From positions 16,182,001 through 16,246,000 of the forward strand of contig JAQFVV010000001.1 in the NCBI GenBank assembly GCA_028023455.1: a stretch of 64,000 nucleotides of DNA. Direction: 5' to 3'. Position 1 is the first letter of the stretch, and each line of letters opens with the position of its first letter. The translations under genes were made by a program, and so were the position numbers. Origin of the DNA: Epiperipatus broadwayi (taxonomy: Eukaryota > Animalia > Onychophora). Below are positions 12,063-25,740 of this stretch, piece by piece. Below the pieces are notes generated by a model. That model saw only the letters and a list, made by a program, of their open reading frames with translations. It made no database searches and was not told the origin of the DNA.

Positions 12063-15000
12063 ACATTTATATTATAATGATGCAGGGTGATGGAGTATGC
12101 AGAGTGATGGAATTAATCATTATCAAAAATAAACAGTAAAAGACAATGAATAGTTATTAACAAAAGCATCACAGTTTTTACCGAGCATAAAAAAAGAACA
12201 AAGACCAACCCTAAAAATAAATAAAATGCAACAGGTAAATGGTAAATACAGCACCACCAACAATTATTATCAAGAGCCAACAGCCATATTCTTTGACTAG
12301 ATTTAAAAGACAAAATGTAAAATCATAATCTAATCATCATTTAGCCAATACTAAACACAGGACATATTGCAAGAGCAATCATCACATGAATACTAAAATA
12401 GTTATAAAAATAATCCTATATCAAAATTCTAGAACCACTATATCATTAATAACCATCGTCAATATTCTAAATCATCAGATACCATGAGTATACTAACCAT
12501 TAATAGATTAATACTCATTGTAAAATATATAAATAAAAATGAAATGTGTGGTCATTAAAGGTCAATATTACCTCCTGTGCCATCCTAATAATTCTATGGA
12601 GAATCATATTGATGTTTACATATACATTATATAACCATTAACTATATGTTGCTATATGCAAATATCATTATATCTGAGCTAGCTTTGGGGTTGCAAGGAT
12701 CGTAGAGACTATGAACAAGAGAAAATCTATACACCTAATTTGTTATATTATTCAATAATTTCACTGGGATAACTTACACATTTTTAAAGTATAACTTTAT
12801 GAGGAAATCAGTCGCACACACTGGTAATCGCAGAATGTATAACTAAAAGAATAAAAGTACCAGAAAAAAATTAATTTCAAAAGTTATTTAATGAAGTTAA
12901 TTAAGAAATTAAAATAATTAATTTTTTTTATAATGTAATAAATCCAAAATATAATGCACACTGATCAACTCTATCCATGCAATACACATATAATTTCACA
13001 TAACATATATAAATATTATTCCTTTTGATTCCTTTTAATTAATTAAACCTTAAAAAGTATTTCTCAATAAAGAAAATCATTTTAACTTGAACCCCTCCCC
13101 CCCTTTAAAAAAATGAGGATGTCCCTATACCATTTTAACCAAGTTAAAAAATCTTTTCAAAAAAACAATTAAAAAAAGAAATATTCGATATTATCAAATT
13201 TAGTTTCTTATAACATTCATAAATATATGGGCATATTACAATATCTAATTTTACCATTATTTTTTTCCTTTTTTAGTTATTCTTTTATAGTTGCCTGGTG
13301 GGATATCTGTTTTTGTAAATCTTGCAGATTTTTTTATAGCGTTTCCAATGAATATTTTCCTCCATTTGTCTTTTTCTTCTTTTCTTTGTAGTTCCAAGTT
13401 TCCAGTTTAACAATTATTTTTTATTTTATTTTTCAATCATTTTGGAGTGAACTATTTTGGTTTTGTATTCATTTACATCACTGGTAAAGAAAGTAGCTCT
13501 AACAGAAATAAGAGAGAGCTTGAAAGCTAAGACTAGTTGCCTAAAAAAAAAATCCAAGCTCATAGAATATGTGCTTGAGATCAACCAAAAGATCATGTTA
13601 AAGGGAAGAATTAAGTCAAGAGTTGCTATGCCATCACTGAAGCCAGCAATAAGCATAGAAAAGCTGATAGAGCATGCTAAAATTAAATCTAAAACTCTAT
13701 CAACACTAATTCTAATGTAATATAGTGAACTTTGTTATAATGATGGTATAAAACTCATACTGTAGGCTGACTTACCAAAGTGTGCAATCAACAGTCTGAA
13801 AATCCAACAGTGTATGTGATTGGGTTTTCCAAAATCTTTTGATATGATGACTGATATTTTTTCATGTTGACATGCTTAATCTGAGCAGAATAGCTGAGCT
13901 TCAGAATCTCTAGACATAATGACCAAAGGACATTTATGAATGCTGAAGATTTAATAAAAAAACGATTACTTAGAATTGTGGAACCCAATAGGGAAAAAAA
14001 CATCTGAAATAAAATTTATAAAACTATGAAGAAAAATTGTGTGCACACACATTAGTTTATTTATTAATTTTCTTGCTTTGACATATCTTCAGGATCTTTG
14101 GAAAGGACCAATTTCACTTCTCATTATTTTCCACAAAGTAGATGCTTTTCCTATTAGGGATTAGATTTCAGGCACTTCTAATAAATCAGTGTATGGGAAC
14201 AAATGGTTGAACCATCCCAACATGCTATTCAGTGCCATTATTCTTCAAAGATGTTTTGGTTGTCAGGCCTAAATAACTTTTCTTTAATGCAAACATGACA
14301 AAGCCACCCAGAGTATCTTAAGTGATCTCAATTCTTACAAGCAATGGGAAACTATAATGAATATCACCTTCATTATTATCCATTTCTTTATAAACCAGCA
14401 ACACTCTCTGTCAGCCATAATGGCATGCCATTTGTCAACCATTTTGTTTTAGTTATTTAGGTTTAAATTATATATAATTGCAATTTATGATAGGCCGAAC
14501 TATCTTACTCCTGCTCATCTGGTCAGTCTTCATGATTTGGTAACACACATCCACATATACGATTAGAATCACACATTATAAAATCTTACTTATATCTATT
14601 CTAGTATAATAAACCAATTATTGTACCTTTGTAATCTTTTAGATGAGGGTAAGCTACTTTGAATTATCAATGATTTAATTAAGTTCTTCCATGACCTTGG
14701 CATGTTAACCAAACTAATTCGCTTTATATTTATATATTAATTATACCAACCACCATATGTTTAGCTGCACCTATAATCTTATTTTAGATGTTGAATTGTA
14801 TTGCAGTTGTACTCATTAATTTTACGTTAAAACAAATGTGTATCTAATTGTATATGGTCTCAAATGACCTATTTATTAATTCAGAAGTGCATAATTGCAA
14901 ATTAAATTATTATCAGATATGTAACCTTGATTGTATAGACACCAAAGCTTATATTGTTTTATTAATATAATCACCTAATAAATTTACTCTAGATCATTTA

Positions 15001-16177
15001 TCTGCATTCTTACATTCATTTATTATTTGAATTTCTATTATTTGCTATTTTGTAAGACATATAATTCTTTATTTGATTCAAATGTTTAAATTCAAACCCC
15101 TTTGTTAATGCTGCCTTGAATATTATTATGACTTGAATCATTAATCAATGTCAAACAACTGTCTGTACCATTCATGAATGGTTAGGGTTTAGAGAGGTTA
15201 TTAATTACATCATTAAATATATATCATATTTTAAATCTTTTGCTCTCCTGTTCTCATTGCTGGGACAGGAATAATGAAAAGCTTATTAGTATCATCAAAA
15301 GCATTATTCATGAAGTCATAGACTCTAGAGCACAAGTAAATAGGTTGATATTTGGTATTGTTTCTGACTTATGTATCTTGTACATACTAGATGGATATAT
15401 TTTGCTTGGATTCTAGGTCTTGTTGAATGAACACACGATTTTGACCAGACCACTACATACATTCATTTTAATTAAGAGAAAAATTAACCAGGGATTTATT
15501 TTTACTTGCTTTCCATATACTATCAACATAATCCTGTACCATGAGCCTTACTTAGAGATTTGGGTTAATGAAGTTTATGAATATTGTATTAATGATGAAA
15601 ATGATTTATATTTAATCTGCAATTAATATAGCTTTGATTTATATATTCTTGAAGAGATTTTGAGTAATTTTTTTATAATTTACATGTTGATTATCATTCG
15701 AAAATTTTCTAGATACAATATTTGATTATATTTGATAAATATTGTTTGATGACATAAGTATATCTTCTTAGTAATTTTATATATAAGGTATTTTAACTCT
15801 ATGTTATGCAGTATGAGAAATATCATTAAGATAACTACATGATATAATTATTAAAAAAATTGAAAGTTATGATTAAGAAATTATTTGAATTTTCTTTTAA
15901 AAAGGAGGAAATTAATTGCAAGAACATGCACTTATGTGAAATTCTAATTTTAATTTAATTAATCCTCATCTAAATGTATAAACTATATAAGTGCTTAAGA
16001 TGCAAGCTTATTTATTGATTTTATTATTTATGACAGAGGAGTAAAATAATTTTTATTAGACTAAAATTATTATTGATACTAGTTATGCTATTTAAACTTC
16101 AAGTATAGAATTACTTTCATCAATTATATATTATTTATTATTTTTGATCAGTTGAAATAATTGTTCATTAAAAATTT

Positions 16178-17171
16178 GGTAAAGGTTTATTTTAGCATCC
16201 ACAACATAAAAATCATGTTCGCCCTCTAGTTTTCAAAATTAGAATTAAATTATTATACGAAAATCTTACGTATATGCTACTATATTACAATTACATTAAA
16301 ATTTATTAAAATGTAAAAGATAATAAAAAAATATTTACCATTTTAAAGAAATTGAAATAATTACACTAGATTAATTAAAATAAATAGTTTAAATTATTTG
16401 AAACTTAAGAATTTAAACTATCTACATTTATAACTTAACAATTTAAACTATTAAGATTTATAGCACTTATTATAAAAAAAAAAACACCAGCGTAAGCAAG
16501 AAAATAACCATTGTCTGGGAAAATTTTTGTCGTGAGGAGTGTGCCAAATATTTGGACACAAATCCGATGATTCTCAGCGGAATGGATGACATTGGGGAGC
16601 CATTAGTCTTCGAAATCAATGAAACTTATTATTTCCACAGAAAATACCACAGGGGGATTATACGTAGAGAACATTAGGTCTTTAGCGGTATTGAGTGTCA
16701 AAGAAGTGCTTCTTGACAGAAGTTGTGGATAGAACGGCTGGCACATTGGAGGCCCTGATCCTGCGGTACATTTTACCAGGTACTCACATAATTTCAGATA
16801 GCTGAGCTGCATACAATAATATCAGCAGACTCAGTAATGGGGTACATATGCATTCGGTTGTTGTCCACCAAGACAACTTCGTGAATCCCGAAGACCAAGA
16901 CATACATACTCAGAATATTGAGAATATGTGGATTTGCCTTCCGCAGTAGATATAGCACTGCCGCCTTTTTTTCCAACTTCCTACTATGCATAGGGCATAA
17001 TTATGCTTAAAAAGGTAAATTATATATTTTTTTTATCTTTTACATTTTAATTAATAAATATTTACTGTATTTGTAATATAGGAGCAGATACGTAAGATTT
17101 TAGAATATTTTAGTTATAATTTTAAAAACTAGATGGCGAATATGCCATGGTCGCTAAAGTAAACCTTTACC
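16178..17171 (+). mobile_element. Merlin (IS1595/ISXO2-like) DNA transposon, 994 bp, defective
   Basis: TIRs start GGTAAAGGTTTA.TTTAGC at 16178 and end ...TAAACCTTTACC at 17171, with a further internal inverted match (ttcgcc.tctagttt). The 8-bp TSD aaaaattt lies at 16170-16177 and 17172-17179. Confidence 0.92.
16483..16937 (+). pseudogene. Merlin DDE transposase remnant
   Basis: Manual translation: ...VFEINETYYFHRKYHRG...*VFSGIE / KKCFLTEVVDRTAGTLEALILRYILPGTHIISDS*AAY...HSVVVHQDNFVNP...HTQNIENMW. These are ISXO2-like motifs, with two Trp-to-stop changes and one frameshift. Confidence 0.9.
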
Positions 17172-17703
17172 AAAAATTTCATATTGGGAAATATGTTAAT
17201 CTGTTGTCTTATATTTTATTGTGTGCTGTATTATAAAAATATTTTTTAAATTTGTAATCCAAATATTTAATTTTACATTCTAATTAAATTCATCCACAAT
17301 ATTATTTGATAATATTTACTGATTGAATGAATCCAGAGTAGATTGTAAAATGAAAGGTGTAAAATCGTAATATATATGTAAGAAAACAATGCATAATGCT
17401 AATTGAACTCAATATAAAAAATTTAAAACGTCCCATAGCTATATTATTCCAGCCATACTTAGCCTTCAAAAAAATAAATTTCAGTGTAGTGCTAAAATTT
17501 GAGCTTTCTTTCTTTAAAGAGAGAGTGTGGCTGAAATAATATAGCTATGGGGCATTTCATGTATATATTTCCTTGACAACAGTTAGAAATTGTTGATTGT
17601 TATTGATTTTGAGATTTTCTAAATGTTGACTGATTTTTAATGATTATATATTATAAACTGAGCATGATAATAGCTGTTAATAAGCTTTTCCAAATATCCC
17701 TAT

Positions 17704-17742
17704 CCTCAGACCAGTTTGTAGCTCTGGCTGACATCAGTGAGG
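17704..17742 (-). ncRNA. Degenerate minimal type I hammerhead motif (family B, left arm)
   Basis: CCTCA-CTGATGT-CAGCCAGAGCTA-CAAAC-TG-GTC-TGAGG. Stem I is a perfect 5 bp, but A9 and G12 are mutated. Confidence 0.55.
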
Positions 17743-17992
17743 TACTAGGATATTCAGGCGTTAGATTTAAAAATACTATGTCAAGTCCCAACATTTATTT
17801 AATAGTTAACTATTAAGTAGAAAATCTGAAATTTTCAGACATCCATATTTCAAATCTATTTAAATTAGATAGCTGGATTTGAAAACGTATGGATGTCTGA
17901 TAATTTCAGGTTTTCTACTTAATAGTTAACTATTAGATAAATGCTCGGGGATTGACCTGGTATTTTTAAATCTAATACCTATAATATCCTAG

Positions 17993-18031
17993 CACCACTG
18001 ATAACAGCCAGAGCTAGAAATTGGTCTGAGG
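17993..18031 (+). ncRNA. Degenerate minimal type I hammerhead motif (family B, right arm)
   Basis: CACCA-CTGATAA-CAGCCAGAGCTA-GAAAT-TG-GTC-TGAGG. G8 is mutated and stem I has two mismatches. Confidence 0.55.
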
Positions 18032-21000
18032 ATGGAGATATTCAGAAAAGCTTGTTAAAAGCTATTAGTACATTTATTATATACCATTTGTAGTACAAGT
18101 TTATTAAATTAAGTCATGTGATGTATGACTTGATTGCCTGGCAATATATATATACACACACATATATAATCACACTAAAGAACATTTTTATTCAAACATG
18201 TTATCTAGAATTATTTGAAAACAGACTCATAACAAAGCATGAAAAATTAAAATTATATTAGAAAGTTTATTTTAAAATGATTTATGAGTCTGCTTATAAA
18301 TAAGTGCAGGTAATGTGTTTGAATGAGAATATTCTGTAATATGATTATAGTACTACAGGCTACATATTTAAGCAGTAGTAAAAAGTTATTTACATATTGT
18401 AGAAATTAGTAATATAAGTAATTTTACTTCTAGTTTACTACATCAATAATCTCTGCAGCCATGTTGGGCTTGTTAAAAATATAAGATCAGAGTGACATAT
18501 AGAGATCCTATATGACTCATTACTTACAGCTAGAGAGTGATTCCCTGAGATAAAATGTCAATGGCATCCTCTGCTGCTTTTCCTATGTAATTTGAATGAT
18601 TTTGCATCTCCATCCCTATCATGAAAAAATATTTCTTATTTTCTTTATTCCTTATATACCAGCTTGTCTTCATTATATTTTCTGGAGTATTATAGTGATA
18701 ACAAAGCTGGTGTAACTCTTAGATTCCATTAGAAGAAATATGGTGAACTTTATCTGCATATCAATTAGTTAATTAAAAATAGTTTCCTGTTTAATTCAAA
18801 CCCTTTAGTTACTTTTAGTTTAATTTAGAATCTCTTATGCATAACTTGATTACATTATTATTAACAAAGTTAATTTTGTAAGCTATTCATACTACTTTAT
18901 TATTTAATTTTTTATATGCTTGTTGTTTCACTATTAATAATTTAATCTTATTGTATATACAATCTTTTAGAGAGTCTGACATTTTAAATTTTAATGCTTA
19001 TATTATTTATTTCATAAATTTTTAGATGCTATTAGCACACATTGCATTTTACATTATTTAATGATAAGTTATGTTGGTTGATTAAAAAAATCTCCCAATA
19101 GTACAATAATTTAAAAGAGCTTTCAAATAATGTTATATGCTTATTATATTCAACAGAGTGGCATTAAATGATAATATTGTTATAATGAAACTTGTTAACA
19201 ATTAAATATTTTGGCAAATATCCTTTTTAAAAATTATGTATTTTTTTTACTGTTTTTCTTGAATTTGAACTATTGTGTAACTAAAGCAGACCATAGGCCC
19301 ACAATAAAAAACAAATAATTTTTGGATATGCTTGGATAATATTATGGTTCAGTTATGATTTTTTAGCTAGGTATCAAACACTATGATGGCCCAAATCTAA
19401 GTAAAAGCAGATTAGTAAAATATGTAAAAAATAATCAGTATTTTTTTTAAAAAAGATCTTAAAATGGCTTTATTACAGAACACAATTTCAGGGTTTGATA
19501 CTCTACCATACTAAACATGCCATAACATTATTTATAAAATATGACTTATAAATGTATGTTTGTTGTTCAACATACTCCAGAATTTAATTATTAAAAGGCA
19601 ATAATTTCTAAATAAGTTTATTTTTAAGTAAATTATTAACAGTAATATGTCATTTTTAAAATATAAATTAGGATATATTGAAAGGAATTGATTGCTACAA
19701 CAGTTTTAATAGTGGTAGCATAATCTCTTTTGAATGGTCCGTTCTAAAATACTGATATGGACTGCTTGGTTTAGTGAAGTTGTAGAGTATTATATTTCCA
19801 AAATATTGTCATAAGATCAAATAAAATAGTAATCCTCTTATATTTAAATAAAAAATATTTACAAAAAAGAGAAAACATATTTCAAATAATGGAATGATTT
19901 GGGAATCTAAATATTTTCCTTTACATATAATTTTGAAAATTATCATAGTGACATGGTACTCCCTTGATAAAGCACTTTGTGCAAGGCCAATTTGCACATC
20001 CACACATGGTGGCCCTGGGTACTATACTTTTATTTTTTCTAATTTGAGTGTCTTCCAAATTAAGCAAAAGATGTTATTTAAGTAAATTACAACTCATGTG
20101 TACAGCATAAAGCCTGACAGTTGTGAAAGATTAAAAGACAATATAATTTTGTCATGATGGTCCACACATCCACACAAAGCAATGACCAAAATATTTTTTG
20201 TTTTCTACAATATTTTAAAAATAATAGTATAATTGTATTAATGCAATGTGGCTACTCAAGCGTTCTGGATTTCTCAGCTTTTGTAAGTTAACAATTTTGC
20301 CAAATATGGAGAAGTAATTTACTTACAATGACAAAAATAAATTGTTTAAGTTTTAAAAACATTATTATATCAATTAAATGAAATTTAAACAACAGTTTAT
20401 AAATAAATATGGCTTCTCTGACATTTTTTAAAAAGCAGTTTTATGACTTTGGATATCTTAGAGTAATTTCTTTATATTAATAAAAATTCATAAATTCTTG
20501 TGCATTATGTATGAAAGAAATGTTAAAGAAAAAAACACATTAAAATGTTTATTATTATTATTATAAAATAATAAAGTTAAAATATTTATTTAAAAATATT
20601 CATAAATGCTTTTGTTAAGGAATGTTTCCAAATGCTTAGTAAAGAATTAAAAAATAATAAGGTTAAAATATTTATGTGAAAGAATTCACAAATGCTGATT
20701 TTAAAAAAAGGTAAAATCATTTTGTTGATAAACATTTATTAATTTTTGCTCAGTCACTAGAATCATTATTATAATGCTATTAATCAAATCATTTAATAAT
20801 TTTCGGCTGCGTTAATACAGACCAAATTTACATTTAACATTTTTACTATTTGCTCTTATTATTTAAATTCATAGTTAGGATAAATGTATAATAATCATAA
20901 AGCATTGAGACTTGAATATGGAACTAATAAGTATAAACAAATACTTTAATGCAAAAGATATAATAGCACATTATTTGTGAATAATGGTAACTTATACCTA

Positions 21001-21059
21001 ATTTTGAATGAATTTTAAAACTTTCTGAATTACTAATTGCCAGATTAATATGTCTATAT

Positions 21060-21439
21060 CAGGGGTCCCCAACCTTATGCCCGCAGACCATTTTACGTGT
21101 GCCCGCCGCTATCCAAACACAATGAAAAATTATTTATCTGATACAAATAAATTTAATTTTTAAAATTTCTTATAAATTATTGTATTATATTGTAATCAGA
21201 TTGTAGGACATACTATACTTTTTCAGCGTAAAAATATAAACGTTAATTATATGTTAAAATTTTATTTTTGAAATAAATATTTTTTTGTACATTATGTGTA
21301 TTATTAACAATATCCAACCATAAATTTACATTGAAAAATAAATGATGCCCGCCATCTGGTTGAAAAAAATAAATGGTGCCCACCACCTGGCCGGTATTAT
21401 AGAATGTGCTCTTAAGTGCAAAAAGGTTGGGGACCCCTG
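21060..21439. mobile_element. hAT-type MITE, 380 bp
   Basis: 17-bp TIRs caggggtccccaacctt / aaggttggggacccctg; 8-bp TSD gtctatat at 21052-21059 and 21440-21447. Confidence 0.95.
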
Positions 21440-23559
21440 GTCTATATGATCAACAACATAATAAATCATTACAAATTGAACATGTGACACGTTCAGTTTT
21501 ATTTACAATTGAAAATATTAAATATTGTAACTTTTTCTTGATGAGTATTAACATTATTATAACTTAAAATAATTTATTAAGAATGATTTAAAATTTATCA
21601 CACATAAACAATAAGGAATTATAGATATATGAATTGTGATTAGAATATACAATAAATCAATATAATACCACATTACAGCACCGTTTACACCATTCATGAT
21701 ATAAATTTTGGAACTAAAGTATGATATATTTTTTATAGAATAACATATATTAATTTTCAACATATCTGTTTCTTCTATTATGATGCCATTTCAAAATAAT
21801 CATTTACATTTGGGATCACAGTCTAGTAACAATAAGTATGTTGAAAAGTGATTTATCAGCATTCTGTCAAGTTAACAAAACTGTAAAGCACACATATTTA
21901 ATGTTGGTAATACTATATGTAATAGTAATTATATAAATATATATATATATATTGTAATGGGATGGGAACAAAAGAGGTGTCAGGAAGTCTTACTTGGGAT
22001 GATAGCAAATCAACATCACTACCAAGTTCAAGATATTTAAATTAAAATTAAATAATGAGATAATATATTAAAGTAAAAAATAATGACATATTAAAATATG
22101 AGATATTATCACAAAATATATAAGTATTATTGGTTAAGATATTAGAGTGGGAAGATATTAAGTAATGTTAACATCCAAAAATATGTAAGAATTTTATATA
22201 TTACAAGAGAGCATGAGATCAATAGAGATCTCTGAGAGATCAACCAGCTACTCCTTAGAGCAACTATGAATTAATAATACATCAACCAGCATTATCAATA
22301 AGTAAAAGTAAAAATCAGTGTAAGTAATACTCAAAGTAACCATTCATCATCATGAATGATCCATCAAAGGAAATCAACCATCAATCTGGTGACTAGATTT
22401 GAAATCTTCTGCAGACCAGGCTAACTATTTAACCCTTGCCAGCTTGTGGCATTTATTTAAACACAATTTGGAGGCACAAACTAAGTGTCCATACATCAGA
22501 ATACATAATAATAAAAAATCCAGAAAAATAATCATGCTGGGACATTAAAATATGCTGAGTATCATCAATGCTCTGGCCACTTGAACTGGCCAACTGTAAA
22601 CTTAACTTCTAATAAAAGTAAACTAAAATAAAAGATAATGCATGGGCTTTAAAGAGTATTCTCTTTTGCACAAACCATGTTTGATCATCTCTGAATGCCC
22701 CAAAACACTAATATAGATCCCCATTTATACATCAACCATTATACATGAATCTAGCTCAGAAGAACACAAGCTTTATTACTGCTATGTTGACCAAGATATG
22801 ATGCAATACATTTTTTAAATTGAATAAGTTTATTATCAACAATAAAAAACAAGGTTAAGGTCTTTAGAATATGACTCTGCAATTAGAAGCCTGTTGATTT
22901 TGATTAACATACAATAAAAAATTTATCACATTTGTGATTTACAAAATTATTATACACAATTCAAGTTATTACTATGGTTTACATATATGTTCCATTAGGT
23001 TTAATTAAAACCCATTCAGCACACAGGCATGTGGTTTGATATAAAATGAATATGTTTGAATTGACAAAATAAAATTACTATAAATATATTTTATAATTAA
23101 TTATATTTGAAAACTATACATAAAATTCACACATACATGTGCATCTATGAACATATAAATGATATAAATTAATATTAGTAATTAGTCTCTTTTTTTCAGT
23201 CAATAAAAGTTTTTTTTTTTAAAAAAAAATAAATAAATAAAGTCAATTTTTTTGGACAGGTAACTCAATTATTACAGGTTACTCTCAATTAAGTAATTAC
23301 ATCTTTAAATTAATCAAAACAGATTTTTGAAGTCCTTTTTTTCTTTTTTCAAAATAAATTGTCCATTAATCAATCATTACTTTTAGATTTTAATTCAATT
23401 CAAAAAAATTATTTATTTGTTATCATTTAAAATATATAGATTTTTAAATGTCATTTTTATCAAAGAAATTATTTAAAATTTCATTTTTATTATATATAAT
23501 GCTACTTACCATTGTATATACACTTATCTGTGAATATGTGCATCTCTTTGTGAGTTGCT

Positions 23560-24050
23560 TTTGGTGAGACAGGTATAGTTCAGGATTGTTGTCATCATCA
23601 AGAAATTTGTTGGCATGCCATGAGTTTCTGTTTAGGGCTTGATGAGCTTCAGGACAGAAAACTGTTTTCCAGAACACTTTTGAGACTATGAATTTCAATA
23701 CAAAGAAGTGTGTCATTACTCCATGTGAATTCAAACTCCACCATTGGTCTATGGATTACTGCTGGATCTACTGCCTTGACTTCAGCTATTTCTCATGGGA
23801 GCTCTGTATAAATCACCAACCATTTCTCAGGCCAACTAGAACCAACTCCTGCAAACTTCAACAAGCTGCAACAAAATATTACCAACTTTGCAGCTGGCCA
23901 ATTTGGCCACTAAAAAAATTACTATCTAACCGTTCTTTTCAAAATCTACTATCTAGACTTTGCATCTGGCCCATTTGACCACTGCTCTCAAACTATTAAA
24001 ACCAGACTCTTCTGGACAGCTCTTACATAAACTACAATCCAGACTGAACC
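23560..24050 (+). pseudogene. Old L1/Tx1-like reverse transcriptase fragment
   Basis: GC-richer patch. Translated pieces include FETMNFNTKKC (similar to the post-YXDD GLxINxxK motif) and TVLFKIYYL (compare SLIFPKINYF in the 32-35 kb element). Confidence 0.4.
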
Positions 24051-24296
24051 TATATTTTTTATCAGTCCTTTTATAGAATCATCTGAGATGATAAAAACAC
24101 ATTGCAGTTGTGCTGTTGGAATTTAGGGATGCTTTTATTGTTTCAATTTTTAAAAATAAAGGGAATAGACAAGAGTGTAACAATTATCATGGATTATCAT
24201 TATTACTCACTACAGCAAAGGCACTTTCAAAGTTGTTGAATGGTTTGCTTCCAGTCATATAAATAGTTACTAGAAAAGTTCTAAAGGCATGATTTT

Positions 24297-24351
24297 TTTA
24301 TATATGTCAAAGCATTGACCGGGAAGCGGAAGCGAACCCAGGCCGGTTTAA
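24297..24351 (-). mobile_element. 5'-truncated tRNA-Gly-derived SINE copy
   Basis: Minus strand reads GGCCTGGGTTCGCTTCC(GCTTCC)CGGTCAATGCTTTGACATAT plus an A-tail. It is flanked by the 16-bp direct repeat ctaaaggcatgatttt (24281-24296 and 24352-24367). Confidence 0.8.
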
Positions 24352-25334
24352 CTAAAGGCATGATTTTGTTGTCAGATAAATGCAAAAAAGTGGTAAAAAC
24401 AAAAGAATTATTTATATATTGGATTTTGTCGATTTGGTCAAGACATTTAATTAATCAAATAGGTTTATGATGAATAAAAAAGAATTATTATTATATTAAA
24501 AAAAACACAAAAGCATTTGATATGAAAACTATAGTTAAACAAGGATATATATTTGCTTCAACACTGTATTTTGTTTTTATGACAATAGCTTTTGGAATTG
24601 TTTGTAAGTAGCTTAATGAATTAGCAATAAAGATATGATACAAGTTTGAAATGGGATTTATAATTTGAATCACTTAAAAGCAAAAACGATAACTTTATTA
24701 TTATTATTATTTTTTGATTTCTGGATTTCTATATACTGATAATTATGCTATTGCTGTTAGTTTAAAAGACTATTTATAGAATGTACTTAACATCTTGAAT
24801 GTAACATATAGATTTTGCATTAATAAATTAGTAACCACTTATAGAAGAAAAATTCATAAATACTTTTAGCTTGGATAATTATCAATTTGAGAATATAAAT
24901 CAATTTATATACTACCTTGATAGTAAAATTAAAAATAGTCAATTTAAAATAAAATTGAAATAAATAATTCACTATAAATAAAAATATTATTTAAAAAATC
25001 AATCTGGCTTTCATTCCTTAATAGAACCTTTCAAGATGTTTATTTTTACACACTCACACGTACAATTACTCTACAGAAACTTTCCCCAATGAACATTATT
25101 TACATTACATTACAATAATAATAATTATTAAAATATATACATGAAATATAATTAGTAATATATACATATTTATTACAATCCTTTCTTCTTCTTCTTTTTT
25201 CCATAATATATAAATATATTTACAAATAATCTTAAAAAAAGCAATGATAATCCCTTTTATTTTTAAAATTATAACTCTAAAGTTTCCAATATTCTAACAA
25301 TGCCCCTTCTTTTCTAATTGTGTTGAGTCTGTTT

Positions 25335-25740
25335 ACACATTAGTTTAAATTTTCTTGAATATACAAAGTCTCATAACATTTTCTTTCTTTGTAATTTTTA
25401 ACATACTTTATTACCTGAATATTTTTTTCACAATTCATTTTATGTCCAGTATTCAAAAAATGTATATATGGCTCTGATCTTATATCCTTCCTGTTAATTA
25501 CCTTATCATGCTCCTTACCTCTTTCCATGGCAGACTTTCCTGTCTGACCTATACACACACACACACGCATATATAAATAAGGTCACAAGTAATTTTATAA
25601 ACCGATCTAGCCTATTTTTAATATTACAAATCCTTTTTGTGTTACTCATCCATTTCCCTAAAGATTTACTATTTTTCCATCTTATCTTAATATCATCAGG
25701 TAACTTTTCTTTTATCAATGTCTTATATAAATGCTCTGAA
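25335..25740 (-). pseudogene. Penelope-like element 3' remnant (GIY-YIG endonuclease region)
   Basis: ORFs 25340-25570 and 25515-25718 contain CIGQTGKSAMERGKEH...HFLNTGH...ERKCYETLYI, the typical C-terminal endonuclease pattern of PLEs. Confidence 0.8.

Larger units (their letters stand above)
17669..18066. repeat. ~400 bp palindrome with a hammerhead motif in each arm (family B)
   Basis: Arms at about 17669-17856 and 17876-18066 are reverse complements around a ~19-nt spacer. HHR motifs lie at 17704-17742 (-) and 17993-18031 (+). Confidence 0.9.

Noticed and set aside
19300-20400. Possible decayed hAT transposase (DGPNL-like and QA..GFS-like snippets)
   Set aside because: Only two or three very short motifs with no continuous frame; not supportable by eye.
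21953-22700. Possible solo LTR (starts TGT, contains AATAAA)
   Set aside because: No defined CA end, TSD or second copy was found.
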